Assembly (NCBI GenBank): GCA_002269645.1
Contig: NIVC01000406.1
Span: 97,494-161,493 of the forward strand
Length of the DNA stretch: 64,000 nucleotides
Origin: Macrostomum lignano
Lineage: Eukaryota
Reading direction: 5' to 3'
Under the pieces are notes generated by a model. That model was not told the origin of the DNA, ran no database searches, and was given only the letters and a program-made list of their open reading frames with translations. Shown piece after piece: positions 23,535 through 36,176 of this stretch (positions are counted from its first letter, which is position 1; each line of letters begins with the position of its first letter). Made by a program: the position numbers and the translations under genes.

Positions 23535-25410
23535 TTTCCTATTCTGTCCGAGTGTCCGAGTTGAATCTCTCTATTCTGTCCTAGTGTCCAAGTTGAATAT
23601 CTCAATTCTGTCCTAGTGTCCGAGTTGAATCTCTCTATTCTGTCCTAGTGTCCGAGTTAAATCTCTCTATTCTGTCCTAGTGTCCGAGTTAAATCTCTCT
23701 ATTCTGTCCTAGTGTCCGAGTTAAATCTCTCTATTCTGTCCTAGTGTCCGAGTTAAATCTCTCTATTCTGTCCCAGTGTCCGAGTTGAATCTCTCTGTTC
23801 TATCCTAGTGTCCGAGTTGAATCTCTCTATTCTATCCTAGTGTCCGAGTTAAATCTCTCTATTCTGTCCTAGTGTCCGAGTTGAATCTCTCTGTTCTGCC
23901 CTAGTGTCCGAGTTGAATCTCTCTATTCTATCCTAGAGTCCGAGTTGAATATCTCACTTCTGTCCTAGTGTCCGAGTTGAATCTCTCTATTCTATCCTAG
24001 AGTCCGAGTTAAATCTCTTTATTCTGTCCTAGTGTCCGAGTTGAATCTCTCTATTCTGTCCTAGTGTCCGAGTTGAATCTCTCTGTTCTGCCCTAGTGTC
24101 CGAGTTGAATCTCTCTATTCTATCCTAGTGTCCGAGTTAAATCTCTCTGTTCTGTCCTAGTGTCCGAGTTGAATCTCTCTATTCTATCCTAGTGTCCGAG
24201 TTAAATCTCTCTATTCTGTCCTAGTGTCCGAGTTGAATCTCTCTGTTCTATCCTAGTGTCCGAGTTGAATCTCTCTATTCTATCCTAGTGTCCGAGTTAA
24301 ATCTCTCTATTCTGTCCTAGTGTCCGAGTTGAATCTCTTTGTTCTGCCCCAGTGTCCGAGTTGAATCTCTCTGTTCTATCCTAGTGTCCGAGTTAAATCT
24401 CTCTATTCTGTCCTAGTGTCCGAGTTGAATCTCTCTATTCTATCCTAGTGTCCGAGTTAAATCTCTCTATTCTGTCCTAGTGTCCGAGTTGAATCTCTCT
24501 GTTCTGCCCTAGTGTCCGAGTTGAATCTCTCTGTTCTATCCTAGTGTCCGAGTTGAATATCTCACTTCTGTCCTAGTGTCCGAGTTGAATCTCTCTATTC
24601 TATCCTAGTGTCCGAGTTGAATCTCTCTATTCTATCCTAGTGTCCGAGTTGAATCTCTCTATTCTATCCTAGTGTCCGAGTTAAATCTCTCTATTCTGTC
24701 CTAGTGTCCGAGTTAAATCTCTCTGTTCTGCCCCAGTGTCCGAGTTGAATCTCTCTATTCTATCCTAGTGTCCGAGTTAAATCTCTCTATTCTGTCCTAG
24801 TGTCCGAGTTGAATCTCTCTGTTCTGCCCTAGTGTCCGAGTTGAATCTCTCTATTCTATCCTAGTGTCCGAGTTGAATATCTCACTTCTGTCCTAGTGTC
24901 CGATTTGAATCTCTCTATTCTATCCTAGTGTCCGAGTTGAATCTCTCTATTCTATCCTAGTGTCCGAGTTGAATCTCTCTATTCTATCCTAGTGTCCGAG
25001 TTAAATCTCTTTATTCTGTCCTAGTGTCCGAGTTGAATCTCTCTATTCTGTCCTAGTGTCCGAGTTGAATCTCTCTATTCTATCCTAGTGTCCGAGTTGA
25101 ATCTCTCTATTCTATCCTAGTGTCCGAGTTGAATCTCTCTATTCTATCCTAGTGTCCGAGTTGAATCTCTCTATTCTATCCTAGTGTCCGAGTTGAATCT
25201 CTCTATTCTATCCTAGTGTCCGAGTTGAATCTCTCTATTCTATCCTAGTGTCCGAGTTGAATCTCTCTATTCTATCCTAGTGTCCGAGTTGAATCTCTCT
25301 GTTCTATCCTAGTGTCCGAGTTAAATCTCTTTATTCTGTCCTAGTGTCCGAGTTGAATCTCTCTATTCTGTCCGAGTGTCAATGTTGACTATCACAGTTC
25401 TGTCCGAGTG
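23535..25410. repeat. 32-bp minisatellite (TTCTATCCTAGTGTCCGAGTTGAATCTCTCTA)n, ~58 copies
   Basis: Begins about 50 bp after the GPCR stop; ATTAAA near 23503 may end the mRNA before it. Confidence 0.97.
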
Positions 25411-25941
25411 TCCGGATCGAACATTCCCAACTGGCACTCGATGTTAAGTTAAATATTGCATACAGATTCTCATTTATCATAACCATTTACTCTCCTTACA
25501 ATATCAGAAAACATTTTCAAGCATTTTCTGCAAGTTTTAAAGGCATATTTGAATTGTCAGCTACAGAATGTACCTATAAATTTAAATATATTAAAAGAAA
25601 AATTTTAAAGAAAAAAGTCCTGCACACACATTTTAATGGGCAAGTTCTTCGAGTCCGTGATTGCGAGCTATTTTGTCGAAGACTTCGTATTTTAATGTTG
25701 ACAAATAACGAATAATGTTGACGAGTAATTCCTAACAAAAATAAGTAATGTTTATGAAACCTGCAATGGCTGATGAATGAAGCACCTGAAATGAGTACAA
25801 TCTTTATTTAGGCTTTTTTAAAGTTGTACGACTAATAGAATCTTGTTTACAAACAGTCAGTTGCAACCATGATAATTGGCACTAGAATAGGTAAAAAATT
25901 GCATTAAAAATTGATCGATAATATGCCCTGTAAGACTTGGG

Positions 25942-26570
25942 ATAAGGAGAGGGGAGTGGAGATAAGGAGAGGGGAATGGAGATAAGGAGAGGGGGAATGG
26001 AGATAAGGAGAGGGGGAATGGAGATAAGGAGAGGGGAATGGAGATAAGGAGAGGGGGAATGGAGATAAGGAGAGGGGGAATGGAGATAAGGAGAGGGGGA
26101 ATGGAGATAAGGGGAGGGGAATGGAGATAAGGAGAGGGGGGATGGAGATAAGGAGAGAGGGAATGGAGATAAGGAGAGGGGGAATGGAGATAAGGGGAGG
26201 GGAATGGAGATAAGGAGAGGGGGATGGAGATAAGGAGAGAGGGAATGGAGATAAGGAGAGGGGGAATGGAGATAAGGAGAGGGGGAATGGAGATAAGGAG
26301 AGGGGGAATGGAGATAAGGAGAGGGGGGATGGAGATAAGGAGAGAGGGAATGGAGATAAGGAGAGGGGAATGGAGATAAGGAGAGGGGGAATGGAGATAA
26401 GGAGAGGGGGAATGGAGATAAGGAGAGGGGGAATGGAGATAAGGAGAGGGGGAAGGAGATAAGGGGAGGGGGAATGGAGATAAGGAGAGGGGGAATGGAG
26501 ATAAGGGGAAGGGGAATGGAGATAAGGAGAGGGGGAATGGAGATAAGGGGAAGGGGAATGGAGATAAGGA
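25942..26570. repeat. 20/21-bp purine-rich minisatellite (GGAGATAAGGAGAGGGGGAAT)n
   Basis: About 30 copies. Confidence 0.96.
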
Positions 26571-27129
26571 ACCAATCGTTTGAAGACACTGGAGCACACA
26601 AAGATCTTTACTAAGCAGAAACGCGTCAAGGCTTACGGGTGGAGATTCATGAGATGTCAAAGCTGTGAGGTCAGAAGCAACATGCAGTTTATTCAAGTTT
26701 TTGCATTCTCTGTTGCCTCCCCAACGGCGGGAGCTGATTGCCAGTCGTTTTCTAAGAACGAAAAAAATGGATAAGAAATGAATAAATGAAAATGGGGGGG
26801 TGACTGACAATCCGGACATGCTTCAGTATTCTTCTTACACTATACAGCCAGCAGACGCCAACTGATCAATTAATTGGATAGAATCATCACAGGACGAGCC
26901 CCCAGGCAAGATTAAGTCCGAAATCGGTGTCGGAATCAATTATATCGCGATGAAAAATCTCTTCCCCCCCAGCAGACTTCCGGCAATTTCTGCGGCATCA
27001 AAGATGCTCTGCTACAAATTTGCACGAGAGAGATTTTTTCTGAAGGCTTTTGAGTCGCTAGTCAGTAATTAATTGAAAACTTAGATAGCGATGACTTTTT
27101 TGCTTTCAATTACTCCGCAAGGTCGCCAA

Positions 27130-27432
27130 TAATAACAACGATAACTGATATTACACCTTTCACTAATGGCCAGATGTGCAACCGACAGCTCAGCCGCAGC
27201 TATTGCGTGGCGCATCTGAAGGCTACGTACGGCTGTTCAGTCCAAGGACTAGAGGTCGCCACACACACCCTCAATTACCACTAGCTGGCACCCATTTTAC
27301 ATCTGGATGAACTGAAGCAATGCAGAGTTAAGTGTCTTGCTCAAGGACACAAATTTTTCCGGTGGGACCGGGAATCGAACCCCCGACCTTCAAGTCGTGA
27401 ATCCGACGCTCTGACCACTAGGCTACAGCCCC
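27130..27432 (-). mobile_element. tRNA-derived CORE-like SINE, full-length copy
   Basis: Minus strand: A box TAGCCTAGTGG, B box GTTCGATTC, then GTGTCCTTGAGCAAGACACTTAAC...CAGATGTAAAATGGG, family-specific tail and (TTA)-like end; homologous to 32585-32890 and 54650-54890. Confidence 0.85.
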
Positions 27433-29236
27433 CAATATGAGTGAAAAATTGGCATTCTGTGAAGAGTTGCTTCGTCTTGAAGTCCAACTCCCTACTTGAC
27501 GTGGTGCCCGCCAACCTGTCTTCAAGATCGTTGCGCCGTCAGCAACTCCAACCGGCTAGCCACATCATCCTCCGCGCCGAGTCACTCGGTGCTTCGTCGA
27601 CTGCCTGCTGGCTGACGGCAGCAGCGGACCCTGCTCGAGTCCCGGCTTAACATCTGGATGCACTTTTCATCTGCCTCATTCCGAGGCGATGCATTTTCGT
27701 TCGTAGCAGCAGAAACACAGCTTGAAACAAGCAGTTGCTCATTTAGACAAAAAAACGCATTAGTCTGCTCAGGCAGAGGTAGACAAGCTGGCATGACAAG
27801 CTAAATAGCAGGTAAAACCTCATCGTGCGCGTCTCAACAATAAATTAACTTTGATTGTAACTCCCAGGCTGCAACTTTCTCTGTTCAACAAAAGCTTTTT
27901 ACAGTCGCTGCAGCACAATGCAAAAGCATGCATGCAACCTCGCAGTGTTATTTTGAAACAGGCTATTGTTACTAGGCTAATCAATATATAAGGCGACATT
28001 TTGATTGCTAATCCAAGGCACTTCGGTTTACCGCCCTGTTTTTTATTGTAGGCTGGATACAAAAAAATCTATAAATTGTATTTACTGTGCCTGTTAACTT
28101 AGAATTTTAATGCTTTAAGGCCATTGCATAGTGCAATATGTTTTCGGCGACATTGCATGTCCCATAACCAGCGCGCACTTGAGCACATACAAGCGCTCAC
28201 ACAGGGTGTACAGCGGGCCCTGGCTCATGTCTGTGGATTGCACAACCCTCGGCCAGCCAATCCAGCCAAAGTGTACATGCCCCAAATTAATGTGGCCCCG
28301 CTATTTTTATCACCATCGTATTGAACGGGTGTAATTTTCAGGCGCCAAAGAAGCATTCTGTATTTGCATGTACTTTCAGCATTCTCTGACACAATAAATT
28401 TATACTTACCAATCGTTGACATTGCTTCGGGTTGGCTGTCAGGGACTGAAAAATCTAATTAATACGAGTGGCCTCTGCAATTATAAATGTCTTTTTTCGC
28501 TAGGAAATGCTCTTTGCTATAGATGTACCACAAATAGCAATTATCACAATTGCTAATTGCATGTATATACCAACAACAAGCAACCAACCGTAGGTCATCT
28601 AATTATTTTTTATAGTTTACATTTTCATTCAATCTGGATGCTGAAAATCCAGTTAATTAAGCTTCTTCAGATCACGATTTGATTTCATTTTTAATCCCCC
28701 GCTAAATATAGCAGGATAATAAATAATTTTAGTCATACTGAACCGCATGTATGAAAAAGATCGAGAGAGAGAGAGGGAGGGATCCGGGATCATCGAGAGG
28801 CAAATGGATGGAGTCATCGCGCTGGTGCTGTATCAATGCTTTTAAGTTCGCTTCTTAGACACGATCTCTGGAGGAATGTGCGGCGCACGCATGACAATTC
28901 TCTAATCCCCATGCTTTGGCTGAATCTTTATATGGCTGCACTGACATTTCCAACATACAAGAATTACTAAGCGTTAAAATGATTGCAGTTGCAAGGATTA
29001 TGCTACACTTAAAAACTTTTAGCGTTACTAAACTCGATCCCGATGCATGTAACCTCACCTAGCTCTAATTGGGACTTCCGAATTCCAAATAAAGCAATGT
29101 ATGCATTTCGTTCGAGGTGCGCTCACAATTTTATCGATAAAAGTTTGAAAAAAGTACACTTAGCAAAAAATGTCTTTGCAGGGCCGGATTGAGTTGCGAC
29201 ATAGACGAATTGACGAAGTACGACATTGAATAGATG

Positions 29237-30103
29237 CGAGGTGTGGCAGAAAAGTTCCAGGACTGGGCTCATAGAAATTTTATTAGCAAAAATCAATCAG
29301 AATCAAATATCTAGCTCCTTCAAAGTACTTTTGCAGTTTGGTCGTCGTGGCCCTTCTGATGGTATCAACATCAGGAAATTGAGTACCTTTGAGAACTTGC
29401 TTGAGCTTGGGAAATAGGAAACGCACGGAGCTAGATCGGGTGAATGTGGAAGCTGATCTAGCACAGTGACATTCCTATTCGCGAGATACTCCCTGACACT
29501 TAGAGCATTGTGAGCTGGCGCATTGTCCTGATGAAGGAACCACGAGTTGCCGAGTTGGCTTCCCACAAATCGCGTCTCTTGTCTCGCACTAAAAGGAAGC
29601 AGTTGCTGCAGGATCCCTTTGTACTCGTACACATGCTGATTGATGGTTTGGCCTTGGCGCAGAAACTCCATGTGGACAACGCCTCTGACATCTGACGTTG
29701 AAGGTCTTCCACTCCTGGTGTCGTCCTCCGACCTCCTCCTGCCCCTCCTTGAATCGCTTGTGCCACTCAAATCTCGGGAGCAAGACATAGCATTATCTCC
29801 ATACACGTATTGTAGCAGTAGAAGTGCTTTCGATGGCGATTTTCCGAATTGGAGACCAGAAACTTTAGATTGGTTTGAATTGCTAGGGTGCTCATTGGCA
29901 CGACGATTGTTAAAAAACTTACGGAACGTTAACTAATAGCACAGATTAGCACAAAAGTGGTAAATCAGCTGAAATTTCAGGACAGAGCTGTTATATGCTG
30001 CTACAAGCTGCAATAAGCTGCAAATTGATAGTGCAGCTTATTGCAGTGGTTCAGAAGCTGTGCTGCTGTAGGCACAGTCCTGGAACTTTTCTGACACACC
30101 TCG
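29237..30103 (-). mobile_element. Mariner (Tc1/mariner) DNA transposon, internally deleted, non-autonomous
   Basis: 29-bp TIRs CGAGGTGTG(G/T)CAGAAAAGTTCCAGGACTG (1 mismatch), TA on the right and TG on the left. Frameshifted transposase remnants VYGDNAMS, FEWHKRFKEG, EDD.RSGRPST, HQDNAPAH, HSPDLAP. Confidence 0.93.
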
Positions 30104-30826
30104 TACATATTTACATAGTACCAAAAACACGAGTTTGCCTAAACTTTCTTGATTGCCTCCGGCTGCCGCTGTCTCTGGTTAAAAATATGACAAAAAGGGA
30201 CTAAAATACCTAAAATTACATCTAGTTAAAACTTTCTATCATGCATTTTACAACAAAAACTGGCCACTGGTAAAATTTGAGTGATTTGTGAGCACACCAC
30301 CTAGTGGTCCTTGATCTTGATATAGTAGTCTTGACTCTTGAAAAAATAAGCAGATAATTGTTATTTTGTCCTTACAAGTTACTTTTATACTAGTAATTGC
30401 ACTTTTACATATTCTTATTAATTTTTTACAGACGCTATTAAATTACACTCGATTATTTTTGTTTTCTTTAAAAAATTAAAAATACATTTTTCCAAATGGA
30501 CAAATTTATTAAATCCTGTTATGATACTTTAAAATACGTTTGTGTTAACATTTGTTATAATGTTTTAGTGGCTTGGTTCACTAGTTTAAGTTAATCGCTA
30601 AAAAAGAATTGATTTGGACGGACTTGTTAGGCTAGGCTGGAGCCAAAACATTTTTATTTCAGTAAATAGTAGTCGCAAAGTGATAGTTATACATCTTTTT
30701 TGCACGCTACTAGCGTGCTAAACCCACCCAACATCTTGACGGTTGCAGAGTCAGATTTAAAAAACGAATTATTTAGACATTGTATTCTTTTTACTTCACC
30801 ACGTGCTATATCAGCCTCCATCGAAA

Positions 30827-30885
30827 ATGGGGTTCAACAAAATCTTTAATATAGCTAAAAATCCCATATTGAAGTACCTATCAAA
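30827..30885 (+). CDS. UHRF1BP1: UHRF1BP1/BLTP3 (SHIP164-like) bridge-like lipid transfer protein, exon 1 of 12
   Basis: MGFNKIFNIAKNPILKYLS matches the family N-terminus (IIKKQILKHLS); donor AA/gtaagt. Join 30827-30885,32997-33405,38290-38512,41465-41652,42135-42396,44050-44142,47325-47675,47787-47893,50030-50107,50200-52020,52201-52312,52510-52892 = 4086 nt, all phases compatible, 1361 aa. Confidence 0.85.
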
Positions 30886-31333
30886 GTAAGTGCTAAATTT
30901 GTGAATTGTTTTCTAAACACATAGGAGACTTGATAATACTATAGGCCTAGTAATGATTAAAACCTAGCAGGAAGTTATGTAGCTAAAATTAAAATATTTG
31001 TCTTTTATATTAAGTAATGATATTGCAGTGTTTTTCGCATCTCTTGTGCTTTTATTTATATACCATCGATAGAACATGTTGAACAGTTCATAAACTTTGT
31101 TTAAATTATGACAAATTATTATTTTAATAACTATTTTTTGCTATATAATATGTTTTATAGTATATTTTATTTGGAAAAATATATTATTTAGGTTATGTTT
31201 ATAATTCATTAATTTATAGTTACACAAAGCATGTGGAAAACTCTAAATATTTATTAGAGTTATAGAATACATAATACTGATATCCAGTCTAGAAATCATA
31301 GTGCACCTTCTGAAGTTGATGTATTATATAAAG

Positions 31334-31697
31334 CAAGGATTGACAAATGCTGGCCGATGGACCAAATGTGGTCACAAAACCTTTTGATCTTGCCCTCGGG
31401 TTTTTTAAAACTTCATAATAGCAATCCAGCATGCTTAAGGTTTGTGTCTCTTCTTAGCTCTCTTCTCTCTTCTCTTGTCTCCTACTCTCTCTCCTATTTT
31501 CTCTTCTCCTCTCCCTTCTTTCTTTCCCCTCCTATTTATCTGCTAATCTCTTTTCATCTCCAGCTCTCTTCTCCTTTATTTCCTTGCATCTCCTTTCTAC
31601 TATCTTTCTTCTCTCTTCTCTCCCCTCCTATGGCCTGCAGTCATGCGCTGGGCTCTCTATTTGGCCCTTGAGTTTAAAAAAAGTTTGCCAACCCGTC
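31334..31697 (-). mobile_element. hAT (Charlie-like) MITE, degenerate copy in BLTP3 intron 1
   Basis: Decayed TIRs CAAGGATTGACAAA / AGTTTGCCAACCCGTC, 8-bp TSD ATATAAAG/ATATAGAG, interior homologous to 62268-62540. Confidence 0.8.
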
Positions 31698-32584
31698 ATA
31701 TAGAGCAAACATATCGCATGTCATGCTGTCAGGATTTCAGATTATTAAAGGAAAATGACTCAATAAAAACCGAGAGCAATATTTCCATTGAAATGCTATA
31801 CTCCGATTTAAAACTAACACATATCTTGAAGTACAGATATTTTAACCATAAATAACTAAGGATTACAACATGCCCCAAAGCCATCCATCGGCTCAGCTGA
31901 TGAAATATGCATGAACGCGTCATTCTAAGAATCTAGAATAAAAAATGAAACTCAATCTTTGAACTGCTCAGTCTCCTTGGCTCAGCTTCACTTCTACATC
32001 GTTCTTTCAGCTCGCCACTAGATTTTTTCTTGGTTCTCCATCGTACTCTCTGATCTTGGACTCGTACCACCCAGATTCGGGGGGGGGGCGGTTCTTCAGC
32101 TAATTTAAATTCTACATTTCATTTTTTGGCTTTGGTTTCATGGGGCCAAATTAGTTGTTGGGGAACTGTTAACATTGGGAGCAGGGAGGCGGGAGAGCAG
32201 CTGTGAATTGGTGCCATACGTTTTGGGGAGTCGTGACCCCCCTCCCCCCCTGGGGGCGCTTTCATAAACCCGAAATTTCACAAACCCGAAATCTCACAAA
32301 TCCGAAAATTCACAAACCCGAAATTTTTTATATTTTTTTATTCAGCGTTAAAAAAACGATGTACGCGTACAATTTTCGACTGCTGACTACTCATTGACAT
32401 TTTATTTAACATCGTTAATCATTTTGAACTGTTTGCTATGTACGAGTGCATTCAAACGCCTCTCTAGATACCTCTGTCTAGATAAACCAAGAACTGTGTA
32501 TACAATTAAAAGTACAAAGATTTACAAGTACTAATTTATAGGCGGATTAATTCTTCAATACTACTACATTAATTCTTCTTTAAC

Positions 32585-32890
32585 AGGGTGTTGTAGCCTA
32601 GTGGTCAGAGCGTCGGACTTGCGACTAAAAGGTCGGGGGTTCGATTCTCAATCAGCTCGGAACAGTTTGTGCCCTTGAGCAAGACACTTAACTTTGCATT
32701 GCTTCAGTTCACCCAGATGTAAAATGGGTGCCAGCATTAGCTGTGTGTGGCGACCCCCCTCCCCCAAGTTCTTGGACTGAACAGCCGTACTCAGCCTTCA
32801 GATGCGCTGCGCAATAGCTGCGGCTGAGCTGTGGGTTGCTGTACATCTGGCCCAATTGAGACAGGTGTAATCAATTATTATTAGCTATTA
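32585..32890 (+). mobile_element. tRNA-derived CORE-like SINE, full-length copy in BLTP3 intron 1
   Basis: A and B boxes, CORE-like block, tail shared with the 27130-27432 copy. Confidence 0.85.
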
Positions 32891-32996
32891 AGCGATTCTC
32901 GATGCAAATTAATCAATTTTTCGAGGCGTAGTTATAAAGAAACAAGACACGAGTTAACGGAACCCAATCAACTCGAAAATTCGCCCGCACACGCAG

Positions 32997-33405
32997 ATTC
33001 GCCAAAAACTTGTCACCCGAGCAGCTGAAGCTGAGCTTCATCAGAGGCGAAGGCGAACTCACCAACCTGGAACTGGACAGGGCGGCCATGACCGAACTGC
33101 TCGACCTTCCAGCCTGGCTCTACCTGCGCTCGGCTCGCTGCAATCGGGTGGCAATCAGGTGCCAATGGACCAAGCTGAAAAAGGTGCCACTCTGTCTCAG
33201 ACTGGACCAAGTCCTGGTCGAGGTTGAAGCAGTGGAAAACCCGCCGCCGCCTGGTGGACGAGCTGCAACCGGAAGTAACGACACTTCGGGTAAAGAGAAA
33301 ACTGAAAAGTACGGATTTGCCGACAAAGTGATCGACGGTATGGACGTCACAGTCAACTCGGTGCACATTGTTTTTGCTGCCAAGGCCTTCCGGGCCGATA
33401 TTGAG
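32997..33405 (+). CDS. UHRF1BP1: UHRF1BP1/BLTP3 exon 2 (chorein-N domain)
   Basis: FAKNLSPEQLKLSFIRGEGELTNLELD, WTKLK..PLCLRLD, YGFADKVIDG; cag/A and GAG/gttcgt. Confidence 0.95.
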
Positions 33406-33434
33406 GTTCGTTGCTAAAGGCTCATTTACGGTAT

Positions 33435-35540
33435 TATGGCATCAGATCTATCCACTATGGCATCAGTTCTATCCACTATGGCATCAGTTCTATCCACGAT
33501 GGCATCAGTTCTATCCACTTTGGCATCAGTTCTAACCACTATGGCATCAGTTCTATCCACTATGGCATCAGTTCTATCCACTATGGCATCAGTTCTATCC
33601 ACTTTGGAATCAGTTCTATCCACTATGGCATCAGTTCTATCCACTATGGCATCAGTTCTATCCACTATGGCATCAGTTCTATCCACTATGGCATCAGTTC
33701 TATCCACTATGGCATCAGTTCTATCCACGATGGCATCAGTTCTATCCACTTTGGCATCAGTTCTAACCACTATGGCATCAGTTCTATCCACTATGGCATC
33801 AGTTCTATCCACTTTGGAATCAGTTCTATCCACTATGGCATCAGTTCTATCCACTATGGCATCAGTTCTATCCACTATGGCATCAGTTCTAACCATTATG
33901 GCATCAGTTCTATCCACTTTGGCATCAGTTCTATCCACTATGGCATCAGTTCTATCCACTATGGCATCAGTTCTATCCACTTTAAAATCAGTTCTATCCA
34001 CTATGGCATCAGTTCTATCCACTATGGCATCAGTTCTATCCACTTTGGCATCAGTTCTATCCACTTTGGAATCAGTTCTATCCACTTTGGAATCAGTTCT
34101 ATCCACTTTGGAATCAGTTCTATCCACTTTGGCATCAGTTCTATCTACTTTGGAATCAGTTCTATCCACTATGGCATCAGTTCTATCCACTATGGCATCA
34201 GTTCTATCCACTATGGCATCAGTTCTATCCACTATGGCATCAGTTCTATCCACTTTGGAATCAGTTCTATCCACTATGGCATCAGTTCTATCCACTATGG
34301 CATCAGTTCTATCCACTATGGCATCAGTTCTATCCACTATGGCATCAGTTCTATCCACTATGGCATCAGTTCTATCCACGATGGCATCAGTTCTATCCAC
34401 TTTGGCATCAGTTCTAACCACTATGGCATCAGTTCTATCCACTATGGCATCAGTTCTATCCACTATGGCATCAGTTCTATCCACTTTGGAATCAGTTCTA
34501 TCCACTATGGCATCAGTTCTATCCACTATGGCATCAGTTCTATCCACTATGGCATCAGTTCTATCCACTATGGCATCAGTTCTATCCACTATGGCATCAG
34601 TTCTATCCACTATGGCATCAGTTCTATCCACTATGGCATCAGTTCTATCCACTATGGCATCAGTTCTATCCACGATGGCATCAGTTCTATCCACTTTGGC
34701 ATCAGTTCTAACCACTATGGCATCAGTTCTATCCACTATGGCATCAGTTCTATCCACTATGGCATCAGTTCTATCCACTTTAAAATCAGTTCTATCCACT
34801 ATGGCATCAGTTCTATCCACTATGGCATCAGTTCTATCCACTATGGCATCAGTTCTAACCATTATGGCATCAGTTCTATCCACTATGGCATCAGTTCTAT
34901 CCACTATGGCATCAGTTCTATCCATTATGGCATCAGATCTATCCACTATGGCATCAGTTCTATCCACTACGGCATCAGTTCTATCCACTATGGCATCAGT
35001 TCTATCCACTATGGCATCAGTTCTAACCATTATGGCATCAGTTCTATCCACTATGGCATCAGTTCTATCCACTTTGGAATCAGTTCTATCCACTACGGCA
35101 TCAGTTCTATCCACTATGGCATCAGATCTATCCACTATGGCATCAGATCTATCCACTATGGCATCAGATCTATCCACTACGGCATCAGATCTATCCACTA
35201 CGGCATCAGATCTATCCACTACGGCATCAGATCTATCCACTATGGCATCAGTTCTATCCACTATGGCATCAGTTCTATCCATTATGGCATCAGATCTATC
35301 CACTATGGCATCAGTTCTATCCACTATGGCATCAGTTCTATCCACTTTGGAATCAGTTCTATCCACTACGGCATCAGTTCTATCCACTATGGCATCAGAT
35401 CTATCCACTATGGCATCAGATCTAGCCACTATGGCATCAGATCTATCCACTACGGCATCAGATCTATCCACTACGGCATCAGATCTATCCACTACGGCAT
35501 CAGATCTATCCACTACGGCATCAGATCTATCCATTATGGC
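33435..35540. repeat. 21-bp minisatellite (CTATCCACTATGGCATCAGTT)n, ~100 copies, BLTP3 intron 2
   Basis: Starts about 30 bp after the exon 2 donor; an in-frame TAA at 33415-33417 blocks read-through. Confidence 0.97.
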
Positions 35541-36176
35541 GGTTACAAAGCGACTTAGCGTTACCTCTAAAGAATACCCACCTTAAAAAATATCAATCAA
35601 CCCTGTAAGCATCAGGAGAGACAGACAGGTTTACAGATTCTGGCAAGGGCGTGGCCTCTCGCTCATAACTCCTATTAACCATTCGATTCGAATTCTCATC
35701 ATTTTTAGAACGCGATTTTAGAACGATGATAACTCCCTAGGGGGGGGGGGGTCGCGAGTTCCCCGAAACTGAGGATTAATTAGAAATCCGTCAAACTCAA
35801 AACCAGCTCCGCCCCTTTCTGACAAAACCCGCTCGCAGATAATTTGATCTAAAGTGTACAGTAACCGAAAAACAGCTTCCTACAGAGGCATAATGACATG
35901 GATTTAAAGAATTAACACGCATGGCAGAATGCAAATTGACAGGCACAGTCAGGGTGATGGAGAAACCGGACTTGTACGAGATTTAACGAAAAAATAAAAT
36001 ATATCATATAATAGAACTTTAAACTCTCCTTTTTAATACCTAGAGTTTGCGGACATCAAATAAGATATAAGAGAAATCTATAAGTGACTTTTTGCTGCAA
36101 AATTACTGTTTGCACTTTTGAATTTCCGAACGACTTATGGAGTGGAAGTGCCTTCATTGAAGCCAAAATTTATGTT

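Noticed and set aside
15300-25410. CRISPR-like appearance of the 46, 40, 32 and 30-bp arrays
   Set aside because: Head-to-tail repeats with no unique spacers, no cas genes, eukaryotic context.
27361-27432. tRNA gene (also 32585-32660)
   Set aside because: A and B boxes are present but the anticodon and acceptor stems pair poorly, the copies differ, and both continue into a SINE body.
33411-35586. Three ~700-aa heptad-repeat ORFs (SIHYGIS, STMASVL, DRTDAIV)
   Set aside because: A 21-bp intronic array open in several frames at once; BLTP3 exon 2 splices around it and read-through meets TAA at 33415. A repeat protein cannot be fully excluded without RNA data.
32060-35770. G/C-run motifs at ~32220-32255 and ~35735-35768 resembling transposon ends, plus four 17-bp TCACAAACCCGAAATTT repeats
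   Set aside because: Could not pair the ends or find TSDs; low-complexity match.
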